Source: Planctomycetota bacterium (GTDB lineage: Bacteria > Planctomycetota > GCA-002687715 > CAIWVZ01). Taken from it: DNA of 64,000 bases. Below are positions 28,832 through 39,168 of this stretch, piece after piece (position 1 is the first letter of the stretch; every line of letters begins with the position of its first letter). Where the stretch lies: NCBI GenBank assembly GCA_044222185.1, contig JBGANV010000010.1, positions 32,001-96,000 on the forward strand, read 5' to 3'. Made by a program: the position numbers and the translations under genes. The notes below the pieces were generated by a model, which saw only the letters and a program-made list of their open reading frames with translations, did not search any database and was not told where the DNA came from.

Positions 28832-30195
28832 TTGCGTTCACCTGCGGGCGCGGATTCGGCAGCGCGAGATTCTGGTGACTCGGCGACGACGGCCGTGTCG
28901 TCCGGGAGGTTGTATCCGCCGTCGACGATCACGAGCGTGCCCGGCGCGATCTCACCGTCGATGGCGATTCGTCCGCGCGCTCGACCGAGAATCTTCACGG
29001 GGACCCTGTGGGAATGTCCGTCCTGTATCGTGACGACGACCTGTTCGTCCTCCGCGCGGAGGATCGCCGCTTCGGGCACGAGAAGGGCGTCAGCGATTCG
29101 GCCGGATTCGAGCTCGCCGCGCACGACGAGCCCCGGCCGCAAGGGCGGGTCACCTGGGGCGGGGACGACGATCACGTCCACCATCCCTGCCGCAGACACG
29201 CCGTGCCCGATCGCGACCACGGCACCGCTGCCCGAGTCACCGAAGGTCGCCGTCGAGCCGACCGCGATGCGCGCGACCTGCGGTGCTGGGACGGCGAACG
29301 CGATGAGGCGTCCTGGCAGGAGAATCGACCCGAGCGACGTCCCCGCTTCGATGCGATCGCCGACGTGTGGGACGAGCGCGGTGATGCGGCCGGCCGCAGG
29401 TGCCGCCACCGTGCACTCCGTCAGCACGAGCTCCGCATCGGCGACGGCCGCCCGCGCGGATGTCACGCTGGACGCGAGGGCCGCACGCTTGAAGGACGCG
29501 GCCTTCTCGGTGAACGCGGCGAGGGTTCGTGTCGCGGCGTCACGCTCGTCGGCCTTGCGTTGGACCTCCTGTTGCGCCTCGAACAGCTCGCGTTCCGCGA
29601 TCAGGCCGTCCTTCAGCAGCGGTTCGAGGCGCGCGACCTGCGCCCTCGCCACGCGCTCATCGACCTCCGAGCGGTTCTTCGCGGCCTGGAGGTCGAGGCG
29701 CTCACGGTCCTTGCCGACGGCATCGAACTCGGCCAATGCGTTCTCCGCCTGCTCGAGGGTCGCGCGCAGCTGGACGAGCGACGCGAGCTGAGGCGCTGGG
29801 TCGATCTTGCAGATCAGGTCGCCCTTTCCGACGTCCCGTCCGGCCACGGTTCCGACCTCGATGACGCGACCACTGGCCCGTGATGACAGGCCGATGACCG
29901 CCGCGTCGTCCGCGAGGACACGACCGAGGGCGATCGTCGTCGTGATCAGCACGCCTTTCGCGGCTGGCGCGGCCTCGACCTTCACGCCCGCGTGGTCGGC
30001 TTCGTGCTCGCCGGTCGCCTTCTCCTCCTGCTCGGTCGTCGCCTGTGGGGCGGCGGGATGAAGGAACCTCGGGATCGCCCATCCGAATGCGGCGCCGGCC
30101 AGAAGCAGCGCGAAGCCCGCTGTGATCTTCGTCCAGGCGGTCGTCTTCGATCTCGCGTTCGAATCGCTGCTGCTCAATCGATCTCCCGTGCGCAT
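28828..30195 (-). CDS. RND periplasmic adaptor (membrane fusion protein)
   Basis: N-terminal TM; lipoyl halves (SSRASGRVIEV, VAAPAAGRI); long hairpin; ALLVPEAAIL; VIVDGGYNLPD. Start uncertain. Confidence 0.9.
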   Translation of the reverse strand: MRTGDRLSSSDSNARSKTTAWTKITAGFALLLAGAAFGWAIPRFLHPAAPQATTEQEEKATGEHEADHAGVKVEAAPAAKGVLITTTIALGRVLADDAAVIGLSSRASGRVIEVGTVAGRDVGKGDLICKIDPAPQLASLVQLRATLEQAENALAEFDAVGKDRERLDLQAAKNRSEVDERVARAQVARLEPLLKDGLIAERELFEAQQEVQRKADERDAATRTLAAFTEKAASFKRAALASSVTSARAAVADAELVLTECTVAAPAAGRITALVPHVGDRIEAGTSLGSILLPGRLIAFAVPAPQVARIAVGSTATFGDSGSGAVVAIGHGVSAAGMVDVIVVPAPGDPPLRPGLVVRGELESGRIADALLVPEAAILRAEDEQVVVTIQDGHSHRVPVKILGRARGRIAIDGEIAPGTLVIVDGGYNLPDDTAVVAESPESRAAESAPAGERK

Positions 30196-30277
30196 GGCTG
30201 GTCGCGGCAAGTTACAGGAGGAGCGAGGGACCCGCCACGGGTCGCGAAGGTTCTGCCGTCAGCCATTCGGTGCGAGC

Positions 30278-30823
30278 ATGGCGCCCATGCCACCGACACC
30301 GCGCTACGGCGGACTGGATGACGACCTCGTCTTGCGGCCCATCGGCCTCGTGAGGTCGCCGTTCGTGGTCCACGCGGGGACGCCGCGCCAGCCGGGCGTC
30401 GGTGAGATCGTCGACGGTGAGATCGTGCTTCGCCCGGGGCTTCAGAATCTGCTCAAGGACTTGCGCGGGTTCAGCCACGTCTGGGTGCTGTATTGGTTCA
30501 ACTACAGCCGCGGCTGGAACGAGATGGTCAAGCCGCCGCGGGACACGCGCAAGCGGGGGTTGTTCGCCACGCGATCGCCCCATCGGCCCAATCCCATCGG
30601 CATGTCCGTCGTGCAACTTCTGCACGTTCGCGGGTGCCGCCTGCGGATCCGAGGCCTCGACATGCTGGATGGCACTCCCGTGCTCGACCTGAAGCCCTAC
30701 GTGCCGTACGCCGATGCGATCCCCACGGCGAAGGCCGGGTGGGTCGACGCGCTTCCGCCGGAGCCCGGGCCGGATCACCGGACGGCGCGCGGGCGGGCGA
30801 GGGCGCGGCAGCCAGCGGACTGA
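30278..30823 (+). CDS. trmO: tRNA m6t6A37 methyltransferase TrmO (TsaA/YaeB)
   Basis: PIGLVRSPF, L.GFSHVWVLYWF, RGLFATRSPHRPNPIGMS, GLDMLDGTPVLDLKPYVPY.D. Confidence 0.93.
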   Translation: MAPMPPTPRYGGLDDDLVLRPIGLVRSPFVVHAGTPRQPGVGEIVDGEIVLRPGLQNLLKDLRGFSHVWVLYWFNYSRGWNEMVKPPRDTRKRGLFATRSPHRPNPIGMSVVQLLHVRGCRLRIRGLDMLDGTPVLDLKPYVPYADAIPTAKAGWVDALPPEPGPDHRTARGRARARQPAD

Positions 30824-30927
30824 TTCCCCTCGCCATCCTGGCGCAACCGGCGCGAAAACGACGCGACCCCCGCGTCGGGCAATCCCGGGCGGGGGTCGTT
30901 CGTGCGAGCGGACGTGCGTGGCTCAGG

Positions 30928-31404
30928 TCACTTGATCGTGCCGACGAGAGCCGTGGTGAAGTTGTGGGTCGTCCGCGACTCGTTGGTCACGTAGGCCTGG
31001 ACGATGAACTGCACGCCGATGAGGTTCGGATCGTTGGGGAACGTGTAGCTCATCAGCGTCGACTGCCCGGGGAGGATGCCGCCGGTGAGCGGGCCACCTT
31101 CCGAGAAGATGTGGAACGGGCGGTTCTGGTTGATGAAGAGGTCGCCGCCGATGCCGGTCATCTGGTGCTGGACGTTGTCCCAGGGGGCGTACTCCTGCCA
31201 CACGGTGCAGAAGTAGCCTTCGATCCCGACCGCGCCGGCCTGGATCTGGAAGATCGAGGTCGTGCCGAGGGTGAAGCTGTCGGTCGGGGTCAGGTCGACG
31301 AGGCGGCAGCTGGAGGGCACGCCCATTTCGGCGGACTGGGCGAGGGTGGGGAGGGTGACGAGGGCGAGCAGCAGGGCCGAGGCGATGAGGGTGTTGCGAC
31401 GCAT
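30928..31404 (-). CDS. Small secreted protein consisting mainly of the P.L.GV....QA C-terminal-type domain
   Basis: AGGAG RBS; signal peptide MRRNTLIASALLLALVTLPTLAQ; ends PNDPNLIGVQFIVQAYVTN...ALVGTIK; strong GC3 codon bias. Confidence 0.8.
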   Translation of the reverse strand: MRRNTLIASALLLALVTLPTLAQSAEMGVPSSCRLVDLTPTDSFTLGTTSIFQIQAGAVGIEGYFCTVWQEYAPWDNVQHQMTGIGGDLFINQNRPFHIFSEGGPLTGGILPGQSTLMSYTFPNDPNLIGVQFIVQAYVTNESRTTHNFTTALVGTIK

Positions 31405-31546
31405 GACGTGTCTCCTGGTTCTTCTCGCGACCGCGGGAGTGCGGTCGACTGGCACCTACACCGTGTGCCGGCGGGCGGAGGCATTACACGCGAGCCCGAA
31501 TTCCGCGGTCGGCGGCGGGCGAGCCGTGCCGGTACGATGGCGGCCC

Positions 31547-33739
31547 ATGGAACTCGGACCCGGCCGTTGGCTGCTCGCTCTTCTGTGCTCGTGCGGAATC
31601 GCCTGGGGGCAGGTGCCTCCGGGGCCGGCAGCGGGCAAGGCCGCCCCCGTGACGAGCTTCTCGTTCGTCCACGCCTCCGACACTCACGCGCCGGACTCGC
31701 GCAGCACGGCGACGATCGCCACGATCCGGCACGACGCGCCCATCGAGCTCACTCCGTTCCGGACGACGGCGCCCGCGCCCGAGTTCGCCATCACGACGGG
31801 CGACGTCACGGAGTTCGGTGGGTCAGCGGCCGGCCGCGCCGCGTTCGAGTCGAACGCGGCGGCGTGGAAGTCCATCGGGTTGCCCGTCTGGTACACGATG
31901 GGGAACCACGATGCGACCTGGGACTGTCTCCGGTCCCGGCTGCGCGAAGTCCAGGGCGGCGCGAACCTCGCGTTCGAGAAGCACGGTGTGAAGTTCCTGC
32001 TCCTGGACTCGTCGACGCCGCAGGACCCACGACCGTCGTTCTCCGCCGAGGTGATCACCTTCGTGCGCGACGAGCTGGCGAAGACGCCGCTCGCCACGCC
32101 GCTCGTGCTGGCGTTCCATCATCCGCCGGACGGAACCGAGTTCGCGAGCCCGCATGACCATCGGCGGCTCTTCGATCTGCTCGAAGGCCGACCCGTGCTC
32201 GCGATCCTCGCCGGACACGGACACACGGTGTGGCACCGGGTCATCGACGGCGTCGACACGGTGGGCGGCGGATCCACGTTCCCGAAGAGCGGCACGAATC
32301 GCGGGTTCAACGTCGTCGCGGTCAAGGACGGGACGCTGCGCGTCGCGTTCGCCGAATTCGACAAGAAGGGCGCATTCCGACCGGTGCTCGAGAAGAGGAT
32401 CGACGGCGTGCTTCGCAACCCGCTCGCGATCGACGCGCCGCGTCCGGACGAGTCGTTCGAGCGCGAGGCGATCACGGTGCGTGCGACGGTTCGGACGGAT
32501 GCGGTGTCGCTCGATGCGACGGCGCAGATCTCCGGCCGCGGCGAGCCCGTGCCGCTGCGGGTCCACGCCGGGCGAGGCGAGGCGACCCTCGAGGGGACGT
32601 TGCCGATCACTGGCGTTCCAGCGGGTGAAGCCGTCGTCGTCGTCACGGTCAAGCTTGGCGGTGAGGCCGTCTGGATTCGAACGGCAGCCGTCCTCGTGGC
32701 CGCCCGCGACGCGGCGCTGCGTCGCCGCTTCCGCGTGGAGCTGCCGGGGAGCGTGCGTGCCCTGCGGCTGTTCGGCGACGTTCTGCTCGTCGGGTGCGGC
32801 GACGGCACGCTGCACGGCCTCTCGCCGCGCGACGGTCATCGCGTCTTCGCGGTGCGGACCGGGGGCGAGATCCTCAGCCGACCGCTCGTCCTGGGCGTGC
32901 GCGCGTACTTCGCGTCGGGGGACGGCAAGGCGCGCGCCATCGACGCCCGTGGCGGCGTCGCCTGGGAGACCGACCTCGGTGCCCCGGCGTACGCCGAGCC
33001 CGTGATGGTGGGTGGCCTCGTGATCTTCGCGACGAACGCGGGGATGCTGCATGCTCTGGATCCCGCGACGGGCACGGTGGCGTGGTCGCTCGCCGCCGCG
33101 AAGTACGCCATCGAGGCCGCGCCGGCCACCGACGGGACGCGGCTCGTCTTCGGGGCGTGGGACGAGCTCGTCCATTCGTATCTGCCCGACGGCAACGAGT
33201 GGAGCCGAGGCCTGCGCCTCGAGTGGGCGCACCCGAGTGCTGGTGCGGCCGTCGGAGCGCCGGGGGTCCGCCGCTACTACAGCCCGGCGGATGCCGCGCC
33301 GGCCATCGTCGGCGACCTCGTCTACGTGGCGGATCGCGCCTACCAGCTCACGGTGATGAACAAGCGGACCGGCGAGCGGCTCGCGCAGCACAAGGACGTC
33401 TCGGCGGTCGTCCCGGCTCGCGACGGGCGGCACGCGGTCGCCCGGGGCACCGACGACACGCTCCGTCTCGTCGACCGCGGCGAAGTGACGTGGAGCGTGC
33501 GGGCCGAGACGGGCGTCGCACCCATACCGCCCGTCTTCGTTCCGGGGTCCGACCGCATCCTCGTGCTGAGCAACCGCGGGGTCGTCACGCTCGTGGCGCC
33601 GCACGACGACAAGCCCGTCGCCGTGCGATCGGTCGCGGCGGGAAGCTTCACGTTGGCGACGCCCGAAGCCACGTCCGACGCCGTCTTCGTCGGAGCGCTC
33701 GACGGGAGCCTCACGGGGTTGGAGCTTCCGAAGGAGTGA
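31547..33739 (+). CDS. Secreted calcineurin-like metallophosphoesterase fused to an Ig-like linker and PQQ-type beta-propeller repeats
   Basis: Signal peptide; motifs DTH, TGDVT, MGNHD, FHHP, GHGH; C-terminal ALDPATGTVAW-type blades. Confidence 0.88.
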   Translation: MELGPGRWLLALLCSCGIAWGQVPPGPAAGKAAPVTSFSFVHASDTHAPDSRSTATIATIRHDAPIELTPFRTTAPAPEFAITTGDVTEFGGSAAGRAAFESNAAAWKSIGLPVWYTMGNHDATWDCLRSRLREVQGGANLAFEKHGVKFLLLDSSTPQDPRPSFSAEVITFVRDELAKTPLATPLVLAFHHPPDGTEFASPHDHRRLFDLLEGRPVLAILAGHGHTVWHRVIDGVDTVGGGSTFPKSGTNRGFNVVAVKDGTLRVAFAEFDKKGAFRPVLEKRIDGVLRNPLAIDAPRPDESFEREAITVRATVRTDAVSLDATAQISGRGEPVPLRVHAGRGEATLEGTLPITGVPAGEAVVVVTVKLGGEAVWIRTAAVLVAARDAALRRRFRVELPGSVRALRLFGDVLLVGCGDGTLHGLSPRDGHRVFAVRTGGEILSRPLVLGVRAYFASGDGKARAIDARGGVAWETDLGAPAYAEPVMVGGLVIFATNAGMLHALDPATGTVAWSLAAAKYAIEAAPATDGTRLVFGAWDELVHSYLPDGNEWSRGLRLEWAHPSAGAAVGAPGVRRYYSPADAAPAIVGDLVYVADRAYQLTVMNKRTGERLAQHKDVSAVVPARDGRHAVARGTDDTLRLVDRGEVTWSVRAETGVAPIPPVFVPGSDRILVLSNRGVVTLVAPHDDKPVAVRSVAAGSFTLATPEATSDAVFVGALDGSLTGLELPKE

Positions 33740-33741
33740 CG

Positions 33742-35592
33742 ATGGGAATTCCTCGCGGTCTTCTCGTCGCCCTCGTGTGCGTCTCGGCTGCCATGGCCCA
33801 ATCCCGCCCGGCGGGTCTCGAGCGGATCTACGTCGTCCCCGCGAGCCATTGCGACGTCGGGTTCACGGATACCCCGAGCCGGGTGGCGGCGAAGCGGCTC
33901 GCGACCATCGAGGCGGCCGTGGACGCAGCCGATTCGGACCCGGCGTTCCGTTGGACGCTCGAGGTCGGGTGGGACGCGGATCTGTTCCTCGACGCTCACG
34001 GCGTGCGAGACCCGCTACGCGACCGATTGCGCGCCGCCGTCGGCCGCGGGCAGATCTCCGTCGGCGCGCTCTACGTCAACGCTCACATGTTTCTCATGGG
34101 GCCGTTGCTTGCCGAGGTCGCCTGTCATCTCGAACGGTGCGAGCGTGAACTCGGCATGCGTCCGACGGTGGCGATCCTCGACGACGTGCCGCGCGCGCCG
34201 CGACGCCTCGTCGACGTGCTGGCCAGGCGGGGCGTGAAGGCGCTCCTGTGGGGGCCCAACGACGCCTTCACGACGCCCGCGCCCCTGCCGCGCAACCGAC
34301 CCTTCATCTGGGAGGGGCCGGACGGCGGTCGCGTGGTCACGTACATCTGCGACGGCTCGTACACGAATGCGTTTCAGCGATGGCTCCTCGATCCACCGGT
34401 CGCGCGTCTGTTCGAGGCCGCGGATGCTCGGTCGCGACCCGACGACGCCGAGGCGACCGCCTTCGGCATCGCCCGTGAAGCGAAGGCCTTGCCATCGTGG
34501 TGTTCGATCGCTTGCACGTTGCATGCGTTCGACAACTGGGACGCGGGCGCCGCGCGCCTTCTTCCGAGCCGCGTCGCGCCGTGGAACCGGTTGCGCGGAG
34601 GGACGGGGCCTGCTGCTGGCGGACCCGAGATTCGCGTGGCGACGCCGGAGGACTTCTTCCGCGACGTCGAGCAGCGGTTCCACGATCGACTGGAGGTCGT
34701 GAAGACGGATGTCGGTGGGCATTGGGAGCTGGTTCGGGCCGGTGTGCCCCTGACGACGGCGCGTCTCACCGGATTCGTCGAGCAGTGGGCGCGCGGCTCC
34801 ATCACACTCGACGAGGCCGGGGTCCGTGCGACCGTGCTCGCGTTCGATCACAACCTCGCGGCCGGGCCGCCCTGGCCTGGCATGTTCGACGCCGATGGCG
34901 CCATCGCTCACAACCGCGAGGTCGCCGAGCTCACGTCGAAACCGGCCCGTGCGGCCGGCGTGCCGTGGACCGAGCCGAGCGGCGCGCGGCCAGAGACTGC
35001 CGCGTCGCGTCCCGTGCCGCCGCGACGCATGTCCCCCGCGTGGCTCGACGCGCGGGACGGCCGCGGCGTGGAGCTCCGGGTCGCGCCGTCGTGGCTCGAA
35101 CCGTCGTTCGGCGGGGGAAAGGCGGTCGCGATGCCGGGCGTGTCGACGGTCTCGGGAGCGGGGGGTGTCTCGAACAGCTCGTGCGTCGTCGATCGGGGCC
35201 GGTTCGTCGCTGCGGTCGCCGGCGCGGAGATGGTGGACGCCGGGTGGTACGTCCCGCTGACGTTCGCGACGCCCGATCTGCGCTGGCTCGACCTTCCCGA
35301 GCGTGAGCGGCTGCGGATCGGGCCCGATGCGGCCGTGCTGGTCGTCCAGGGTCGTCCGCGGCTCAGGCTGTCCACGCATCCGGGATTCGCGTGGGCGATC
35401 CAGGATGACCCCGCGCGGCCTGGGCTTGCCGCGCTCTCGGGGCTCGTCGTCCGACACGGGGAGAAGACAACGGGAAAAGACGGCAAACCGGTCGTCTTGA
35501 GCTTCCCGCAGCTTTATCCGGGCGAGCCCCAGACGTTCGACGCGCACCTCGAGATCGTCGATCTCGCCTCGCCCGACTCGCGTCCACGTTGA
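33742..35592 (+). CDS. Secreted GH38-N-like (alpha-mannosidase fold) glycoside hydrolase-like protein
   Basis: Signal peptide; IYVVPASHCDVGFTD (HxD), FRWTLE, G.ISVGALY, AILDDVP, PFIWEGPDGGRV, FDH. Confidence 0.72.
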   Translation: MGIPRGLLVALVCVSAAMAQSRPAGLERIYVVPASHCDVGFTDTPSRVAAKRLATIEAAVDAADSDPAFRWTLEVGWDADLFLDAHGVRDPLRDRLRAAVGRGQISVGALYVNAHMFLMGPLLAEVACHLERCERELGMRPTVAILDDVPRAPRRLVDVLARRGVKALLWGPNDAFTTPAPLPRNRPFIWEGPDGGRVVTYICDGSYTNAFQRWLLDPPVARLFEAADARSRPDDAEATAFGIAREAKALPSWCSIACTLHAFDNWDAGAARLLPSRVAPWNRLRGGTGPAAGGPEIRVATPEDFFRDVEQRFHDRLEVVKTDVGGHWELVRAGVPLTTARLTGFVEQWARGSITLDEAGVRATVLAFDHNLAAGPPWPGMFDADGAIAHNREVAELTSKPARAAGVPWTEPSGARPETAASRPVPPRRMSPAWLDARDGRGVELRVAPSWLEPSFGGGKAVAMPGVSTVSGAGGVSNSSCVVDRGRFVAAVAGAEMVDAGWYVPLTFATPDLRWLDLPERERLRIGPDAAVLVVQGRPRLRLSTHPGFAWAIQDDPARPGLAALSGLVVRHGEKTTGKDGKPVVLSFPQLYPGEPQTFDAHLEIVDLASPDSRPR

Positions 35593-35674
35593 CTGCGGGC
35601 CGGCGTGCGCGTTGGTCGAAGCGAGGGAAGTCCTTCCATGGCGCAGGATCCGTGCGCTACAACCCCACCCAACG

Positions 35675-38600
35675 ATGTCTTCCCGCTTCCTCGAACAGCT
35701 CGAAAAGAAAGTCCTGGTCTTCGACGGTGCCATGGGGACGGCGCTCCACGCCTTCAACCTGCCGCTGTCGGACTATCGCAACCTCGAGAACTGCTCGGAG
35801 GTCCTCTGCGACACGCGCCCGGACGTGGTCCAGGCCGTGCACGAGGGCTATCTCGCAGTCGGAGCCGACGCGGTCGAGACGAACACGTTCGGCGGCGGGC
35901 GGCTCGTTCTCGCCGAATTCGGGTTGGAGTCACGGACTCGTGAACTGAATCGGATGGCGGCTGAAATCGCGCGCGCCGCCGTGCAGAAGCACTCGACGAA
36001 GGATCACCCGCGTTTCGTCGTGGGATCCGTCGGTCCCGGCACGAAGCTGCCCACGCTCGGGCACGTGGAGCCTCGCGTACTTCACGAGTCCTTCCTGGAG
36101 CAGGGCCGTGGGCTGCTCGACGGCGGCGTGGACCTGCTTCTGGTGGAAACCTGCCAGGACCTCCTCCAGGCGAAGATCGCCGTTCAGGCGATGCTCGACG
36201 CCATGGCGGAGTGCGGCCGCAGGGTGCCGCTCATGTGCCAGGTCACCATGGAGACGACCGGCACGATGCTCGTCGGCTCGGAGATCTCGGCGGTCATCGC
36301 GGCGTTCTCCGGCTTCCCGCTGATCGCGCTCGGCTTGAATTGCGCGACCGGGCCTCGCGAGATGACGGAGCACATCTCGGTGTTGAGCTCGAGTTCGCCG
36401 TTCATGATCTCGTGCCTGCCGAACGCGGGATTGCCCGAACTCGTGGACGGCAAGACCCGATACCCGTTGGAGCCCGAAGAGCTGGCGCGCTGGCTCACGC
36501 GGTTCGTCGACGAGTTCGGCGTGCGGATCGTCGGCGGGTGCTGCGGGACGACCTCGCCGCACATCGCGGCCGTCGCTCGGGCGTTGGGATCCCATGCCCC
36601 GGTCCGCAAGACGCCGGTCGTGCGACCGTCGGTGTCGAGCATCTACAAGGCGGAGACGTTGAAGCAGGACACGTCCGTGCTTCTCGTCGGCGAGCGGACG
36701 AACTCCAACGGATCGCGCCAGTTCAAGAAGCTCCTCGAAGCGGGCGACGTGGACGGCATGGTGCGCATGGCCCGCGAACAAGTGGCCGAGGGCAGCCACG
36801 TGCTCGACGTCTGCACGGCTTACGTGGGGCGCGACGAGGTGAAGGACACGGAGAGTGTTCTCCGCCGGTTCCGGACGGACGTGCGCGTTCCGCTCATGAT
36901 CGACTCGACGGAGACGCCCGTCATGGAGCGCGCCCTCGAGATGCTCGGCGGGCGGTGCATCATCAACTCGGTCAACCTCGAGGATGGGGAAGGGCGGTGT
37001 GACCGCGTCTTCGGACTCGTGAAGCGTCACGGCGCAGCCGTGGTCGCGCTCACGATCGACGAGGAAGGCATGGCGAAGACCGCAGATCGCAAGATCGCCA
37101 TCGCCAAACGGCTCTTGAGCATCGCGCAGACTCGTCACGGGCTCCGCGCCCAGGACATCCTCTTCGATCCGCTCACGTTCACCATCTGCACGGGCAACGA
37201 GGACGATCGCAAGCTTGCGCTCGAAACTCTCCGCGGCATCGAAATGATCGCGAAGGAGATTCCGGAGGCCGGCATCCTGCTCGGACTCTCGAACGTGTCG
37301 TTCGGGCTTCGTCCCGCGGCACGGCACATCCTGAACTCCGTGTTCCTCTTCCATGCGCAGGCGGCCGGTCTCACCGCAGCCATCGTCCATGCGGCGAAGA
37401 TCATGCCGCTGAACAAGATCGACCCGCAGCAGCGGCAGGTGGCCGAGGACCTGATCTTCGATCGTCGTCGACCCGGGTATGACCCGCTCCAGGTGCTGAT
37501 CGCGCTGACGCAGGATCTCGCCGAGGAGAAGAAGGTCGATCGCGCGTCGCTTCCGGTCGACGAACGCCTCAAGGCGCGGATCATCGACGGCGACCGCGTG
37601 GGGTTGGGGGACGATCTCACCGAGGCGCTGAAGACTCACACGGCGCTGTCGATCATCAACGAGATCCTCCTGGGTGGAATGAAGGTCGTCGGTGAGCTGT
37701 TCGCGACCGGCGAAATGCAGTTGCCGTTCGTGCTGCAGTCCGCGGAAACGATGAAGGCCGCCGTCGCGTTCCTCGAGCCGCACATGGATCGCGTGCAGGG
37801 CGACAGCAAGGGCCGGATCGTCCTCGCCACGGTGCGCGGCGACGTGCACGACATCGGCAAGAACCTCGTCGACATCATCCTCACGAACAACGGCTACACG
37901 GTGTTCAACCTGGGCATCAAGCAGCCGCTCGAGTCGATCCTCGACGCGTACGACAAACACAAGGCGGATGCCATCGGGATGTCGGGCCTGTTGGTCAAGT
38001 CCACGGTCGTGATGCGTGAGAACCTGGACGAGATGCAGAAGCGGGGCATGAAGGTGCCCGTGATCCTGGGTGGCGCGGCTCTGAACCGGAACTACGTCGA
38101 GGACGACTGCCGGCGGAGCTACGCGGGCCGCGTCGAGTACGCGAAGGACGCCTTCGACGGTCTGCGCCTCATGGAGGACGTTTGCGCGGGCCGCAACGAC
38201 GCGGCCCCGGCGCCGGTCGTTCGTCGCACGGGTCGCGGTGGCGGACGCACCGACTCGACGGGGACGGCTGCCGCGTGCGCGATCGAGGAGTCCCGAGGCG
38301 AGGAGGCGATCCGACGGGACGTGGTCGTTCCCAGACGCCCGCCGTTCGGCGTCCGCGTCATGGAGCACGTGCCGATCAAGACTGTGGCCGCGTATTTGAA
38401 CGAGATCGCGCTCTTCCGCGTCCAGTGGCAGATCCGCCAGAAGAAGATGACGCCGGCCGAGTACGAGGCGTTCCTGGATGCGGAGATGCGGCCCCGGGTG
38501 CGAGCACTGCTCGCGGAGTGTGAGCAGCGCAAGATCCTCACGCCGAGGGCGGTCGTTGGCTACTTCCCGTGCGAGGCCGACGGCGAGTCGCTGCGGGTCT

Positions 38601-39118
38601 ACGACGCGGCGGGTGCCGCGGTCGTCGAGACGTTCCATTTCCCGAGGCAGGTGGGAAAACGCGGGATCTGTCTTTCGGACTACTTCCGCCCGGCCGGCGC
38701 GGGGGAGAAGGACGTCATCGCGTTCACGGCGGTCACGGTGGGTGAGCAGGCCTCGTTGGAGACGGCGCGGCTGTTCCGAGAGGATCGCTACCAGGACTAC
38801 CTCTACCTGCACGGGCTCTCCGTCGAGATGGCGGAGGCGCTGGCCGAATACGTGCACCTGCGCGTGCGAGCCGAGCTCGGGATCGATGCAGAAGACGCGT
38901 CGACCGTGGCCGAGCTCGTGAAACAGCGCTACCGCGGCCGCCGGTATTCGCCCGGCTATCCCGCGTGCCCCGAGCTCTCGGACCAGGAGAAGATCTTCCG
39001 CCTGCTCAACCCCGAGCGCATCGGTCTGCGCCTGAACGAGGAATTCCAGCTCGAACCCGAGCAGAGCACCACCGCGATCGTCGTTCATCACCCGCAGGCG
39101 TCGTACTTCTCGATCTAG
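35675..39118 (+). CDS. metH: Cobalamin-dependent methionine synthase
   Basis: VFDGAMGT; Zn ligands GLNCA and GGCCGTT; GERTNSNGS; B12 motif GDVHDIGKNLV; RYSPGYPACP. Confidence 0.98.
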   Translation: MSSRFLEQLEKKVLVFDGAMGTALHAFNLPLSDYRNLENCSEVLCDTRPDVVQAVHEGYLAVGADAVETNTFGGGRLVLAEFGLESRTRELNRMAAEIARAAVQKHSTKDHPRFVVGSVGPGTKLPTLGHVEPRVLHESFLEQGRGLLDGGVDLLLVETCQDLLQAKIAVQAMLDAMAECGRRVPLMCQVTMETTGTMLVGSEISAVIAAFSGFPLIALGLNCATGPREMTEHISVLSSSSPFMISCLPNAGLPELVDGKTRYPLEPEELARWLTRFVDEFGVRIVGGCCGTTSPHIAAVARALGSHAPVRKTPVVRPSVSSIYKAETLKQDTSVLLVGERTNSNGSRQFKKLLEAGDVDGMVRMAREQVAEGSHVLDVCTAYVGRDEVKDTESVLRRFRTDVRVPLMIDSTETPVMERALEMLGGRCIINSVNLEDGEGRCDRVFGLVKRHGAAVVALTIDEEGMAKTADRKIAIAKRLLSIAQTRHGLRAQDILFDPLTFTICTGNEDDRKLALETLRGIEMIAKEIPEAGILLGLSNVSFGLRPAARHILNSVFLFHAQAAGLTAAIVHAAKIMPLNKIDPQQRQVAEDLIFDRRRPGYDPLQVLIALTQDLAEEKKVDRASLPVDERLKARIIDGDRVGLGDDLTEALKTHTALSIINEILLGGMKVVGELFATGEMQLPFVLQSAETMKAAVAFLEPHMDRVQGDSKGRIVLATVRGDVHDIGKNLVDIILTNNGYTVFNLGIKQPLESILDAYDKHKADAIGMSGLLVKSTVVMRENLDEMQKRGMKVPVILGGAALNRNYVEDDCRRSYAGRVEYAKDAFDGLRLMEDVCAGRNDAAPAPVVRRTGRGGGRTDSTGTAAACAIEESRGEEAIRRDVVVPRRPPFGVRVMEHVPIKTVAAYLNEIALFRVQWQIRQKKMTPAEYEAFLDAEMRPRVRALLAECEQRKILTPRAVVGYFPCEADGESLRVYDAAGAAVVETFHFPRQVGKRGICLSDYFRPAGAGEKDVIAFTAVTVGEQASLETARLFREDRYQDYLYLHGLSVEMAEALAEYVHLRVRAELGIDAEDASTVAELVKQRYRGRRYSPGYPACPELSDQEKIFRLLNPERIGLRLNEEFQLEPEQSTTAIVVHHPQASYFSI

Positions 39119-39168
39119 GCAGGAAACCGTGCGTGCCCGGTGTCACGGGGACCGCGTGTGCGTGATCG

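Noticed and set aside
35593-35674. Cobalamin or SAM riboswitch upstream of metH
   Set aside because: Only about 80 nt intergenic, with no B12-box or S-box core visible.
26762-39091. Very long antisense ORFs (26762-29791, 35930-39091; likewise 56200-58281)
   Set aside because: They are shadow frames opposite well-supported genes (RND, metH, mutS2), as expected from high GC3 codon bias.
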